64,000 nt of DNA from an uncultured Spirochaetota bacterium (GTDB lineage: Bacteria > Spirochaetota > Brevinematia > Brevinematales > JAOACQ01). The position numbers and the translations under genes are program-made. Below are positions 1 to 11,403 of this stretch, piece after piece; within the stretch, counting starts at the first letter, position 1, and every line of letters starts with the position of its first letter. The DNA is taken from contig CAWAOD010000009.1 of assembly GCA_963783575.1 (NCBI GenBank), forward strand, positions 448,001 to 512,000, given 5' to 3'. The notes beneath the pieces were generated by a model. It ran no database searches. It saw only the letters and a program-made list of their open reading frames with translations, and was not told the origin of the DNA.

Positions 1-260
1 TATCCGCCGCCTCCCGACCTGTCGGAAGCGAAGAAGATAGTAGCGTTATTGCCGTTCCTGTATAAAAACGGCGACCTGTCATTTGCCGTATCATCGCTTA
101 AATAGCCGCCTGTACCTGATATCGCGAGCCTTTTTAAGGATTCTTTACCGCCGCCTGACTGCCCTGTATTACCACCGGGATTATTAATATTATTAAAAAA
201 GTAGCCCGCGCAGCCTGCTACCAAAAGAATAAAAATCAATACATAAAGAAGTTTACTCAT
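1..260 (-). CDS. Lipoprotein with PD40/WD40-like repeat, N-terminal part only (runs off window); paralog of the N-terminus of 728..4729
   Basis: Manual translation from ATG at 260: MSKLLYVLIFILLVAGCAGYFFNN...KRLAISGTGGYLSDDTANDRSPFLYRNGNNATIFFASDRSG; lipobox VAGC; GGAGG RBS; matches KRLAVLGGGYLS...SPFLFRY...FFDSDR of the neighbour. Confidence 0.8.
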   Translation of the reverse strand, partial: MSKLLYVLIFILLVAGCAGYFFNNINNPGGNTGQSGGGKESLKRLAISGTGGYLSDDTANDRSPFLYRNGNNATIFFASDRSGGGG

Positions 261-360
261 AAAAACCCTCCTTCCTTTAATCTTTCGAAATATTGCCGCA
301 TCCGGCAAAAAAGTAAGTTTGTTACTATTTTACTAGAAATATCCGCTATAACATTGCTTA

Positions 361-389
361 AATATATAAAATTTCTTAAGTTTAGTCAA
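361..389 (-). promoter_or_regulatory. sigma70-type promoter for the 260..1 gene
   Basis: TTGACT-N17-TATATT on the minus strand. Confidence 0.5.
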
Positions 390-727
390 AATAATTTTTT
401 CAAAATCAATTTCTTTTTATACTTGATGTAATAAATATTTCTTTATGCTTATAAATCAACCCCCCTGTTAAATCTAAGAATGATCCATTTGACAGGCAAT
501 ATCAAATTGCGTCTTTTTGCCCATTATTAACCATATTAAAATTTTTTAAATCTGAAAGCTAATACAGTTGCAGTACCGGTAAGCGTTTTTATGATTTATG
601 ATCAACTCTGCCTCCATTTTTAATATTGAAACGGATAATTTATCATAAATGAACATATTATTACTTTTGAGTAAAAATCTGCTAAAATTATTATTTCCAG
701 CATTCAAATATAAAGCATGCCCTTCAA

Positions 728-3700
728 TCATCCTCCGGCATAAGTATCTGAAGAACTAGGATTAGTCACTGCTGTATTATTAATAATGGTTCCGTTGTTT
801 ACAATTGGCATATAATAGAAAAGACCTCCACCGTAATTTGCCGCGGTATTGCTGGTGATAGTTCCGTTATTAGTAATAAAAGCTACCCACGAGTCAACGT
901 AAATTCCGCCGCCATTATAAGTGCTGTTTGTCATAATTAAAGAATTAAAGATGAAATTTGTCGAATAATTAATGTAAATACCGCCTCCATAGATGGCTGC
1001 AGTATTCCATGCTATATTCCCCGAGATATTGCCGAATAAGCTGTTGATTATATAAATTCCGCCGCCATCGTACAAAGAATTATTACTCATGATATCCGAA
1101 CTTACACTGATATTACTTGCATAGTTGATATATAAACCTCCGCCGTAATTAAGGGAGGTATTATTGGCAATTGTTGCGGTAATATTAATATTTGTGCTTT
1201 GAAATATGCTGACACCACCGCCGAAAGCCGACATTCCAACAACATTGTTAACCGAGATATTTCCGCTGATGATCGAATCATTCGCACCGATTAAAATAAT
1301 TCCACCGCCGCCGCCTGATGGCGGATAGCCGGTATTGAGGTAATTATTCAGGATTATTGAATTGATAAAGTTGCTGCCGCTGTAATAAATGTATATACCC
1401 CCTCCCATACCGTTAGCGCTATTATTGGAAATTTTTGCGGTTATAGTATTGTTGCTGCCGTAATCCATCCGGAGGCCTCCTCCGCCTAAAACTGTTCCAC
1501 TGAAATTGTTACAGAATATTCCATTGGAAACTATGTCCGCGGTAATCGTATTCCCTGAGCAGTTGGAAAGGTAAATCCCGCCGCCGCCATTTTCTGGACC
1601 GGCGCTTGATACCGAATAGGCGTTGGTAGAAACACTGCCGCCAATTGAATTATGATCCGAATTCATCATGTAGATTCCGCCACCGCCTCCGTTAAATACA
1701 CCGGAGTTTGCTGAATTCATTAAAATTTTTGAATTGACGGTATTATTTCCGCCTCCTGTAATATAAATTCCTCCTCCGCAGCCGACATTGTTACCCGTTA
1801 CGGAATTGGAGATTATATCTGCTGAGATGATATTGCTGATTCCGTTAGTAATGAAGATACCGCCACCGCAATTTTGAGCCGTATTGACAGATATCAAACC
1901 GGAAATATTGTTACTTGAGGAATTGATCATATAAACGCCACCACCGGAATCATAGGCTGTATTATTTGTGATTACCAGATTGAATACACTGTTTACAACA
2001 TTCTCTAAATAAATTCCTGCGCCGATCGTCCCATTGTCACTATTTGCATGTCCATTCTCTAACACAAAGCCCGTTATATGTATATTAGTAGCATTCTGTA
2101 CGCTGATGATATTGCCCTGATAATTTTGTCCATTCAGTTCGCTTTTACCACTAACTATACTGAAAGAGCTATCCCAGCCTCCAGCCAGGTTAATTCTGCT
2201 GCTGGTTATAGATAAACCATTATTCCAGTTTCCTGAAAGGCCGACATTTGTGATATATACACCTGCCTGTACGTAAACATTGGTCAGGCCATACGTGACA
2301 GCGGTATCTAAAGCGTTCTGTATCGTCAGCAGAGGGCTGGCGCTGATTCCGGGGTTGCCGTCATTACCGTTCGTGGCAACATAAACTACCGATGCGACAA
2401 CATAAACAGCGCTTTGGTTCGTATAACTTGAATTCCCCGCGCCGTCCATGCAATAAAACCATATGTTATTGCTGCTATTATCGCTAAATGTAAATATATT
2501 TGTCCAGTTTGTGGTCCCTGTGATTTTTATAAAACTTATATCGTCTGTTGAGACGTTAACGCTCGCGATTCCTGAATTGATAATACCCTCTGAATCGGAA
2601 GCGGTACCGATAAAAGAATAAACAGTGCCATTGATTGTAATTGGAGAGGAGTCATTCGGGATTAAAAAAGGACTCATTGTATCAACCGTAAACGAAGCGC
2701 TCTGCGTCAGGCTGGTATTGCCCGCAGAATCCTGCGCCCATACATAGATTGTATAGTTAGATTCCGTAAGATTGGATAGACTTATTATACTTCCGGTAAA
2801 TGTTAGAGCGCTTCCGCTGCCGAGCTTATAGTATTTGTTGCTGACTCCTGTGCCGGTATCTGTGATAGTTGTATTGACAGTAAATGATGCAGTATTTGTG
2901 TATGCTGGAATAGTTGCAATGCTTACAGTAGGCGGAATCACATCGGAATAAATCACAATAATGGAATTCGTGACCGTTATATTTCCCGCTTTATCAACAG
3001 CATAAGCGTAAAAAACATTAGTTCCGAAAGTTACAAGGCTGAAATTTGTGCTCCATGGCCCATTCACGTTTATATTTAAAGGAGTAAAAGTATTTGTATT
3101 CATTTTCACATAAACATTTGATACGCCCGATACCGCATCCGTTACGGCGCCGCTGAAGGTATAAAGCCCGTTTGTATTGCTGCCCGCTGAGGTAATCGTC
3201 AAAACAGGAGGGGTTGTATCCAGTATGACAGTTATGGCGCCGGATAAACCCGTTTTCCCGGTTATGCCGTAAGCAATTGCCTGGAATGTGTTGCTGCCCT
3301 CATTTAAACCGATTGCCACAGGCGAGTTCCAGGTATTTGCAGTAAAGGACATGGTATTTGTAACGGTATCATTTTTTACCAGTAAGACATTGGTAATGGA
3401 ATAATAACTACTGATGGAATTTGTGCCGCTGAAATTAATAGATGTAGCGTTTGTAATTAAACCGGTTAAGGGCGATAGAATACCGATAAACGGCAAATCA
3501 GCCGCCACATTAACATAGTTTGTAAGTATAGCGGAAATGTTACCCGAATTATCCACGGCATAAACATAGTTGGTATGCAAGCCCGGTAATGATACAGAGA
3601 AATTTGTCAACCAGTTTGTACCAGCAACGGTTATTGCCAGGAAGCCATTTGTGTCGAGTTCAACATAAAGATTGGAAAGACCCGATCCGGTATCTGTAAC

Positions 3701-4729
3701 ACTACCGCTGAAAGCGTAAGTTGAACCTACGCTCTGATTGTTTGTCGGTGTGAATATTAAGACTTCCGGAGGTGTCGTATCAATTAAATTAGTTAGCTGA
3801 TTTGTAAGCTGATTTATATTAATTCCATTAATTATTTTATCGAATGTTATATCATTGTACCTGTACAGATCATAATTGCCTTTACCGAACCTGTCGGAAG
3901 CAAAATACACCTTATAACCGCCCGTGACATCGACAAAAGGTGTAATATCATTGAATGTACTGTTATAATTAGTAATTGCAAATGGTAAAAGATATTTATT
4001 AGTGATTGAAACCGCGCCTGTAATCTGGTAAACTCCTCCGGCAAAGTTTTGATAAATTACAGCGGACAAATTCGCCTGGTACTCATAAGCGTTCGCCGCA
4101 AATACCGTTTTAGCGCCTGTCATTAACATATTGGTGTTCCAGTTTGTTGTAAACACAAAAGAAACGACATTACTGGTACCATAAAGTAAAAACAAATAAT
4201 TTGTGTTTTGCAATACTGAAAGGCCTATATTTGAAACGTTTATATTGGTCATTTCCTGGATCGGTGTTGAGGATATAACATCAAAATTATTATTCAATTG
4301 ATAGGTCACAATCCTGCCGGGATTACGCCTGATCAGCGAAATATAGGTGTTTCCCCCGGATTGAAATAATATAGGTGATTCCTCATTATTGGTTGTATTT
4401 ATTATGTTTGTCAGACTGACCGGCGGGTTGAATATGCCGTCAGAATTCATCTGAGCGAAATAAATATCGTAATTACCGGTTCTATCAGAATCGAAGAAAA
4501 GATAAGCATTGTTATTATACCTAAATAAAAAAGGCGATTTTTCATTAAATTCATCTGTACTTAGATAGCCTCCGCCTAAAACAGCAAGCCGCTTATAAGA
4601 ATCCGCTGGGCTATTTGCATTGTTATTCTGGGGATTCGACCCCAGGTTATTGAGATAACTTGTACAGGAGAATAAGATCAGAATTGAAACAAACACCGCA
4701 ATTATTATAACAAAACCATATTTCTTCAT
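728..4729 (-). CDS. Large surface lipoprotein: PD40-type repeats, several Ig-like domains, C-terminal right-handed beta-helix
   Basis: Signal peptide with LFSC lipobox; FDSDR/FASDR motifs; DTTPP...A.D.AGN Ig-like repeats; YVATNGND motif followed by many GGG(I/V)Y repeats. Confidence 0.8.
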   Translation of the reverse strand: MKKYGFVIIIAVFVSILILFSCTSYLNNLGSNPQNNNANSPADSYKRLAVLGGGYLSTDEFNEKSPFLFRYNNNAYLFFDSDRTGNYDIYFAQMNSDGIFNPPVSLTNIINTTNNEESPILFQSGGNTYISLIRRNPGRIVTYQLNNNFDVISSTPIQEMTNINVSNIGLSVLQNTNYLFLLYGTSNVVSFVFTTNWNTNMLMTGAKTVFAANAYEYQANLSAVIYQNFAGGVYQITGAVSITNKYLLPFAITNYNSTFNDITPFVDVTGGYKVYFASDRFGKGNYDLYRYNDITFDKIINGININQLTNQLTNLIDTTPPEVLIFTPTNNQSVGSTYAFSGSVTDTGSGLSNLYVELDTNGFLAITVAGTNWLTNFSVSLPGLHTNYVYAVDNSGNISAILTNYVNVAADLPFIGILSPLTGLITNATSINFSGTNSISSYYSITNVLLVKNDTVTNTMSFTANTWNSPVAIGLNEGSNTFQAIAYGITGKTGLSGAITVILDTTPPVLTITSAGSNTNGLYTFSGAVTDAVSGVSNVYVKMNTNTFTPLNINVNGPWSTNFSLVTFGTNVFYAYAVDKAGNITVTNSIIVIYSDVIPPTVSIATIPAYTNTASFTVNTTITDTGTGVSNKYYKLGSGSALTFTGSIISLSNLTESNYTIYVWAQDSAGNTSLTQSASFTVDTMSPFLIPNDSSPITINGTVYSFIGTASDSEGIINSGIASVNVSTDDISFIKITGTTNWTNIFTFSDNSSNNIWFYCMDGAGNSSYTNQSAVYVVASVVYVATNGNDGNPGISASPLLTIQNALDTAVTYGLTNVYVQAGVYITNVGLSGNWNNGLSITSSRINLAGGWDSSFSIVSGKSELNGQNYQGNIISVQNATNIHITGFVLENGHANSDNGTIGAGIYLENVVNSVFNLVITNNTAYDSGGGVYMINSSSNNISGLISVNTAQNCGGGIFITNGISNIISADIISNSVTGNNVGCGGGIYITGGGNNTVNSKILMNSANSGVFNGGGGGIYMMNSDHNSIGGSVSTNAYSVSSAGPENGGGGIYLSNCSGNTITADIVSNGIFCNNFSGTVLGGGGLRMDYGSNNTITAKISNNSANGMGGGIYIYYSGSNFINSIILNNYLNTGYPPSGGGGGIILIGANDSIISGNISVNNVVGMSAFGGGVSIFQSTNINITATIANNTSLNYGGGLYINYASNISVSSDIMSNNSLYDGGGIYIINSLFGNISGNIAWNTAAIYGGGIYINYSTNFIFNSLIMTNSTYNGGGIYVDSWVAFITNNGTITSNTAANYGGGLFYYMPIVNNGTIINNTAVTNPSSSDTYAGG

Positions 4730-4921
4730 ATTTCCCCCAAATTTATATACTATTTAAAATCCAATCCAAAATTGTATAACCTTAAGCTGGTTTTATAAAC
4801 CCCTATAATCTTTATGCCTCTATTTGATAATGTTATTTCGAAATGCGGGGAAATAATACAAGTGAACAAACTCACTCCGCCATTTTTTATAAATTTACAA
4901 ATAATAACCATTATAAATCGT

Positions 4922-4950
4922 ATTATAACTTCTTTAAATCATTAAGTCAA
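4922..4950 (-). promoter_or_regulatory. sigma70-type promoter for 4729..728 (about 190-nt leader)
   Basis: TTGACT-N17-TATAAT on the minus strand. Confidence 0.55.
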
Positions 4951-5097
4951 TACAGTTACAATAAAAAAACAAAATAATTTGTTTGCAAAATATTTGTAAA
5001 TTTTCCTTTGAAAAATTAATTAATTTATTGAATTTTTTACTTTATTTTTATAAAAACCGATGTATATTATAAGTATAAATATTAATTGGGGTGAATT

Positions 5098-5580
5098 ATG
5101 TTAAAATATTTATTTGTCCTTTCTTTAGTTCTTTCTATAGGTTTATTTATAAAATTAGAAATTATGGATAAAGAATTAATTACAAAGAGCGGTTATGGGG
5201 TTGTTAAACTTCAGTCCACTGTAAATACCGTAAAAGCCAAAACGATTATAGAGAGCTGGGATAATTCGCTAAAATTTATAGCAAGGCAAAACCTCTATAT
5301 CGATTTCTTCTTCATCTTTTTTGGTTACGGATTGATGATGTTCAGCCTTGCATTGTTGCTGAAATCGACAATTCTGGGTGTTATACCTTTTTTTGCAGTA
5401 ATATGTGATGCCGCTGAGAATATTTTGCTGATTAAAGCTATATCAGGGTTAAATTATTCTCTTGTCCCAATCGCAAGCATTTTCGATATTGTTAAGATTT
5501 CTTTTATTATCCTGTTTATGGTTATATTATGCTACAGTCTGTTTACAAGGTATATTATGAACAGGATGCAGCATATTTAA
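5098..5580 (+). CDS. Hypothetical membrane protein
   Basis: 160 aa, about 4 hydrophobic segments, D..EN motif, GGGGTG RBS. Confidence 0.65.
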   Translation: MLKYLFVLSLVLSIGLFIKLEIMDKELITKSGYGVVKLQSTVNTVKAKTIIESWDNSLKFIARQNLYIDFFFIFFGYGLMMFSLALLLKSTILGVIPFFAVICDAAENILLIKAISGLNYSLVPIASIFDIVKISFIILFMVILCYSLFTRYIMNRMQHI

Positions 5581-5586
5581 TCATTT

Positions 5587-6195
5587 ATGATTAAAACTTT
5601 GCTTCTTCATACCTGCTGTGCACCATGTTTAACACAATGTCTGAATGTGTTAGTGGGCCTTGACAAATGGGCCGGGGCGCTTATTCAAAAACCGGAATTC
5701 GATATTTCAATTTTCTATGATAATCCAAATATTTCCCCTCCCGAAGAATACAATAAACGTAAAAAAGAAGTTTTGCGATTGATTGATATATATTCTATAA
5801 ATTTCAGGCAAATTAAAATTGTCGATGATTTTTCTGAAAAAAGGAGAGAAGAATGGAATTCCTACGCCGGGCAGAATAAAAATGAACCTGAAAGAGGAAA
5901 GCGCTGCTTTTTTTGCTACGAATTCAGGCTTGAAGAGGCAATGAAAACAGCAAGCGAACAGGGTTTTGATTATATTGCCACGACCTTAACATTAAGTCCT
6001 TATAAAGATACTCAAAAAATCAATGAAATCGGTCTGAATTTATCTAAAAAGTATAAAACTGCCTACCTTACTTCGGATTTTAAAAAAAATAACGGTTATA
6101 GGAAATCGATAGAACTATGCAGACAGTATGGAATTTACCGGCAGAATTATTGCGGTTGTATTTATTCATCTAAAGATTACCGAATCAATACCTGA
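5587..6195 (+). CDS. queH: Epoxyqueuosine reductase QueH (DUF208)
   Basis: LLHTCCAPC, NPNI.P.EY, ERGKRC..CY, YRQNYCGC motifs. Confidence 0.9.
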   Translation: MIKTLLLHTCCAPCLTQCLNVLVGLDKWAGALIQKPEFDISIFYDNPNISPPEEYNKRKKEVLRLIDIYSINFRQIKIVDDFSEKRREEWNSYAGQNKNEPERGKRCFFCYEFRLEEAMKTASEQGFDYIATTLTLSPYKDTQKINEIGLNLSKKYKTAYLTSDFKKNNGYRKSIELCRQYGIYRQNYCGCIYSSKDYRINT

Positions 6196-6363
6196 GTGAG
6201 AGATACTTCATGAAGACTTTTCAAGCGATGCGAAGACAATGGCTAACGCAAGTTCGCCAAGCGGCGCAATGCCGCCAGACGAGCTTTTTAAATCATTGCT
6301 TTATTTCCGGATTATTGTTAAAATATCGATCAGTTTCCTTAAAAACAATCCGGGAGTAAAAAT

Positions 6364-8859
6364 ATGAAAAAATATTCGAATATTCTTCTGTTATCTATTT
6401 TCTTTATAATACTATCCTGTCTTTTGTTTTATAAAGGATTTCTTGGATATTCCCTTCAGGGAGCCGACGGTACATTAGGATGGCTAAAACTTATTTCATC
6501 AGGAAGCCCTGATCATATCAATATCATGAGGAATGATGTATGGCTTGGGAATAAACTGGCACTTCCGACAAGTGTTTTTACTTTAATTCTTAATATATTT
6601 AATCCGGCTATGGTTGAATGGTTTGCTTTTTTGATCTCAGTTCTTTTATCGCTCATTTTCTGTTACCTTTTCCTCAGAAAATTGAATTTATCGGTTGTCG
6701 CTTCATTATTCGGATCCATAGCCTATTCTTTTGTACCGCATTTTATTACAACGATTTTTAACTCCCAGATAAACCAGATGGATATGCTGTTTTATCCTCC
6801 GGCAATATTTTTCTTCCTTTCAATAATCTTCGATAAAACTGAAAAAGACCGTTTTAAAATATTTTTATCATTAATTCTTGCGGGAACCGCCTGGGGAATA
6901 ATGATGACTGACGATCCTCAACGGGGCCTTTACTTTTCTATCGCGGCAGCTTGCTATATTTTATATAAAGTCATCATCAACAATGAGATAGAAATAAAAA
7001 ATATTTTTACGATACTGAAAAGCAGAAATTTTCTTTTTGATGCCGGTAAAGTTTTAATTATTCTGATTTTTTTAGTTTTAGCTTTCGCTAATGGATTAAA
7101 AAGCTGGCAGGCGACAATTGCGCTTAGAAGCGCTCAAACTCAATATTCGCAGACATCCCAGGAAGCTGCCGATGCAAAATGGAAACTTTCAACAATGTGG
7201 TCGCTTGACCCGGCGGAATTGATAGACTCTTTTGCTTTCGGATTCCATGGTAAGCTTACGGGAGACCAGGAAGCGCCTTACTGGGGTTCGAAAGAATATT
7301 GCGGCAACAGCGAGGCTTTCGGTTATTTCACAATTTTGTTTTCCATTATCGGAATATTCGCTTTTTACAGGAAGAACAATTTTGTTAAATTTTTCTTCTG
7401 GACAGGCTTATTAACCATATTGCTTTCTTTCGGAAAATTTTTGCCCGGTACACCCTTTTACTGGCTGTTTTACCAGCTGCCATTAATGAAGAATTTCAGG
7501 GCGCCGGTAAAATATGTAAGCATCGCCTCGTTTGCCCTTGCCGTTTTATCGTCTTTCGGTATACAATATGTATTAAATTTAATAGACAGTGAAAATGAAA
7601 GATATAAAAAGATTTTGAATAATTGTCTTAAAGCAATCGCGATTTTTCTAGGGATTGGAATAATCTGGATTTTCTTTACCGTTCTGGCATCAAACGATTT
7701 GGCTTTTAATCTCGGCCAGAAGCTGCAAAATCAGGCAATGGGAAGTATAGCGGCAAATAATATGATTTTCTCTCTCTTTAGAATGATTATTTTTACCTTA
7801 TTAGCCTTCGGTTTGTTGTTTATATTGTTCAAATATAAAGATAATGTCAAGGTTAAAAATATTATTGCCGGGACATTTATTTTGCTGTCTATTATCGACC
7901 TGTTGAGTATCGACTGGTTTTATATGGATAAAGCATATTTTAAGGAAAAAGAATTTTACCGGCCTGACGGGACCGTTCAATTTCTGGTAAATGAAAATAA
8001 GAATGACTTATTCAGAGTTGGAACATCGCTTATGTATCCTGCAAATAACGGTCAGGCCCAGTCTTATCCGGTCACTGGCCTTAAAGGCTATTATCTTACA
8101 TATATGTTCCCTTATTATAATATCCAATCGATGGATATAACCGCAATTTCAGGTGTGATAACGGAATACGATAATTTCTTTTTAAAATCTATTGAAGGTT
8201 CCATAACAAAACCGGTAAAAAATCTGGACGATTTGATAGATCTCAATCTCCGGTTGTTAAATCTGGCGAATATAAAGTATCTTATTCTGGATGGTATGTC
8301 CGGCAATTCGAATATTCTCCTGACAAATATTGTGAAGGGTTATGATAACAGGGATCATTATATTTACTATAATCCCGGATACCTGCCGAGATTGGGATTC
8401 TATGATAACTATCTTACGGTAAAAAGTAACGAGGATGCCCTCAAATATATTGGAGATAGATCTATCGATGTCCGAAATATCCTTATATTAAATGTAACGA
8501 ATGAGGAAAGACTGGTTTCAACAAATGCAGTTGTACCTCTGAATAGTTCGAATTACTTGTCCTGGAGAATTAAAACAAGCTTTACAGCCCCGAATGACGG
8601 AGCTCTGCTGTTTATATCAAAGTATGAACCGGATTGGAAAGCATATGTAGACGGGAAAAAAGAGAAGATATATCAGGCCAATTATCTTGAAATGGGAATA
8701 TTTGTTACTAAAGGATTGCATACGGTTGAATTCAAGTATGAGCCGGACAAAATACCTTTGAGTATTTCCCTTTTTACTATAATTTTAGGGCTTTTGACCG
8801 CATTAGTCTATGGAATAAAAAATTTGGGTACCATTTTTAAGACTATAAAATCGAAATAG
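6364..8859 (+). CDS. YfhO-family multi-pass membrane protein (putative GT-C glycosyltransferase)
   Basis: Many TM segments, FRAP.K motif, C-terminal Y.PDWKAYVDG...AN...G...G.H.VEFKY. Confidence 0.75.
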   Translation: MKKYSNILLLSIFFIILSCLLFYKGFLGYSLQGADGTLGWLKLISSGSPDHINIMRNDVWLGNKLALPTSVFTLILNIFNPAMVEWFAFLISVLLSLIFCYLFLRKLNLSVVASLFGSIAYSFVPHFITTIFNSQINQMDMLFYPPAIFFFLSIIFDKTEKDRFKIFLSLILAGTAWGIMMTDDPQRGLYFSIAAACYILYKVIINNEIEIKNIFTILKSRNFLFDAGKVLIILIFLVLAFANGLKSWQATIALRSAQTQYSQTSQEAADAKWKLSTMWSLDPAELIDSFAFGFHGKLTGDQEAPYWGSKEYCGNSEAFGYFTILFSIIGIFAFYRKNNFVKFFFWTGLLTILLSFGKFLPGTPFYWLFYQLPLMKNFRAPVKYVSIASFALAVLSSFGIQYVLNLIDSENERYKKILNNCLKAIAIFLGIGIIWIFFTVLASNDLAFNLGQKLQNQAMGSIAANNMIFSLFRMIIFTLLAFGLLFILFKYKDNVKVKNIIAGTFILLSIIDLLSIDWFYMDKAYFKEKEFYRPDGTVQFLVNENKNDLFRVGTSLMYPANNGQAQSYPVTGLKGYYLTYMFPYYNIQSMDITAISGVITEYDNFFLKSIEGSITKPVKNLDDLIDLNLRLLNLANIKYLILDGMSGNSNILLTNIVKGYDNRDHYIYYNPGYLPRLGFYDNYLTVKSNEDALKYIGDRSIDVRNILILNVTNEERLVSTNAVVPLNSSNYLSWRIKTSFTAPNDGALLFISKYEPDWKAYVDGKKEKIYQANYLEMGIFVTKGLHTVEFKYEPDKIPLSISLFTIILGLLTALVYGIKNLGTIFKTIKSK

Positions 8860-8886
8860 AATAATAAATTATGTTAAAATATATCA

Positions 8887-8908
8887 GGATCAAGCGACAC
8901 GCTTGTCA
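8887..8908 (-). repeat. Short palindromic repeat copy 1 (TGACAAGCGTGTCGCTTGATCC)
   Basis: CAAGCG-N3-CGCTTG hairpin; near-identical to 26568..26589 and similar to 22837..22857. Confidence 0.7.
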
Positions 8909-11403
8909 ATTTGAAATCTCCGGTTTATTTGTAATATCGCCGATCAATTCCTGATAATTTTTACCCGTATAAACTGCATTTCCGTATATTGCAGCAATCC
9001 GCACAAGTTGAGGGATGCTCATATTTTCAGATTCCAGAAATAAAGGGATAATATAGAGCAGGCTTTCAACTCTGGTTTTGCTATTATTTATAGGAAGAAA
9101 TTTAATGTTTCCCCTGAATATTTTTGATCCTTTTTGACTCCAGAGAGTAAACATACCGGAGAGTTTATCATCCTGATTGATTTTTGATTCGACCTGCATT
9201 GGCCCAAGATAACTGGCGGACGGGTCAGCTAAATGCAGGGACAGTTTGAGGCTTTTATCATAATATGCCAGGGCCCAACCGGCAAGATTTTCCTTACCCC
9301 TTGGAATAAATGGCTGAATAACTGAAAAATGGGCTCGCTGTTAGAAATATCACCTGTATTATTTGTTTCAAAAACGGCGATCTGATAATACGGTTCGAAA
9401 TTTTCAGGTTTATCACCGTAAATTTGTTTGGGAATTTCCCAAATATCGTCACCGCTGTAAAAACTATCCTCATTTTCAACATGGTATTTGCATAAAACAT
9501 CCGCTTGGATTTTTAAAAGGTTATACGGATAACGGTAATGCTTTTTTGTCCCTTCGGGAGCATTATTTTTAAAGAATCCCGGGAAAAGGGATTTATAAGC
9601 AAGCGCAACCGGATCATCGGGATCGGTAAGGTAATAATCAGTATCGCCAGAATAAGCGTTTATAACCACTTTTACAGAATTCCGGATATAATTTAAAAAC
9701 CCAAATCCGGACTTAAACTTTTCTGATATGGGAAATCTGTCCGATACTGTATATGCATCGATAATCCAGTACAATCCGCCATTTATAATAGTTATGTAAG
9801 GATCATTGTCATATTCCAGGAAAGGAAAAATCTTTTTAACCCTGTCCAGAATCTGCCTGTGGTATATTATTGCGGAATCTTTTGTTATATAACTGCTGAG
9901 GAGAATATTTTTTTCATTAAACTCGGCTGAATAAAATAATTTTTTGAAAAATCCGTCAAGTTTTACGCCCCTTTTCAGGTCATATCTTGTTGTAATTCTG
10001 TTTGTAGATGCGGTATAGTCAAATTCATCGGCTTTTGTGTTTATAATTATATAATTACTGGTAAGCTCCCCAAAATAAATCCGGTTTTCCATTACGTTAA
10101 AATCATTGTATATTGGTTTTTGATCAAGATTTTCAAACCAAAAAACTGGATTGCCCTCATTATCGGCAAGAAAAGACGGCGATATAACTACTCCAAAGCC
10201 ATGGGTATACCTGAGGTGGATATTATCCCAGTTCAATGAATCGGCAGGAATGGCCCCGATATTCAATTCTCTTGCGGATAACACAACCTGGGAAAGTTTT
10301 TCACGCCCCTTTTCGTCAGAGCCTGATTCCGCCGAATAAGCATCTATATCAACATCATTGAATGTAAAATATGTTTTGATGCTCTGAACCTGGTTAATGA
10401 CCCTTTTATAAGGATCGCTGTCCCAGATGCGGAGTGTGCTGAAAATATCGCCTATCTGTTTTTTCAAATTATTATATTCCGGATAGTACAGCGGAGAAAA
10501 ACTAATTCCAAAACCGTATCTTGTCGCTTCAATCCGGTCTTTTATAAAGCTTCTCTGTACCATTATTTCATTGGGTTTTACATAAAGGTTATCCAGCAAA
10601 TATGGGTAAAGTCCTGTTAATCCGAAATAAAACAGGATCAATAATCCCGGGAAAACTACCAGGTTAAGGATACTTAAACCGGAATTCTTCCTTAGTAAAG
10701 CAATTATCGAAAAAATAATAACTAAACCTATCCATATGAAATTACCGTAAAAATTTCCGAAAAAGACTACATAATCGACTCCTAGTCTTGGATTCGGCTG
10801 GACAATAAGTTTTTCCAGTATCAGGCTGGCATAATATAATAAACCTGAAATTAATGCCAATACGTAACTTATGATTGATGAAGAGGCAAGAAAAATTTTT
10901 CCGCCGCGGATTTGAGCCTTTCCGCCTTCTTTATGGAGAATTAAGTTAAGCGCCAGTACTAATATAAAAAAAGTAAAAATCATCAGGAGAATTTGCCTGA
11001 TTAAGGGAAGTTCGAACATATAAAAAAATGCGTTCAGATGAAAAAAGGGATCGCTATATCCGGATTCGATATGCAGGGGTTTGTAGATCAGGTATTTCCA
11101 CCCCGATAATCCCCAGAAACCATATCCGGCGGCTATTAAAAGAAATATGATGCTTAAAATCAGATTCAACCTAATCCTTCTTATAACATAAAACCAGATA
11201 AAAAACATAAATAAAAAAATAAGAAATGGCAACAAAAAGTATATAGATTTGATAAAAATTAGCCTGTAAAATATACCGGTATATCCCACGCTGCTAAACC
11301 AGAGCCATTCGGTAATATAATGAAAAATAAATTGATGGCAAATCACAAATAATATAACAATTGATATTAGGACTGCACTAATAGTAATTAAAATTTTTTT
11401 CAT
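8906..11403 (-). CDS. UPF0182-family membrane protein, split by a single frameshift (ORFs 9229..11403 and 8906..9199)
   Basis: WF.S.GY, DP.F, YTHG.G, YIRNSVK, RYP motifs; one extra T in the T5 run (plus strand A5 9325-9329) gives IFSVIQPFIPRGKENLAGW...GPMQVESKINQD, the expected C-terminus. Confidence 0.85.

Noticed and set aside
451..530. Minus-strand GGCAAA..GACGCAA resembling a c-di-GMP-I riboswitch
   Set aside because: The stem and GNRA loop that must lie between the two motifs are absent, and the site is upstream of the predicted promoter.
546..731. 61-aa ORF overlapping the lipoprotein stop
   Set aside because: Very AT-rich with no recognisable motif; cannot be supported.
6196..6300. 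GC-rich hairpin GCGGC-GCAAT-GCCGC after queH (terminator or decayed MITE)
   Set aside because: The T-run is 9 nt from the stem and there is no second copy in the window.
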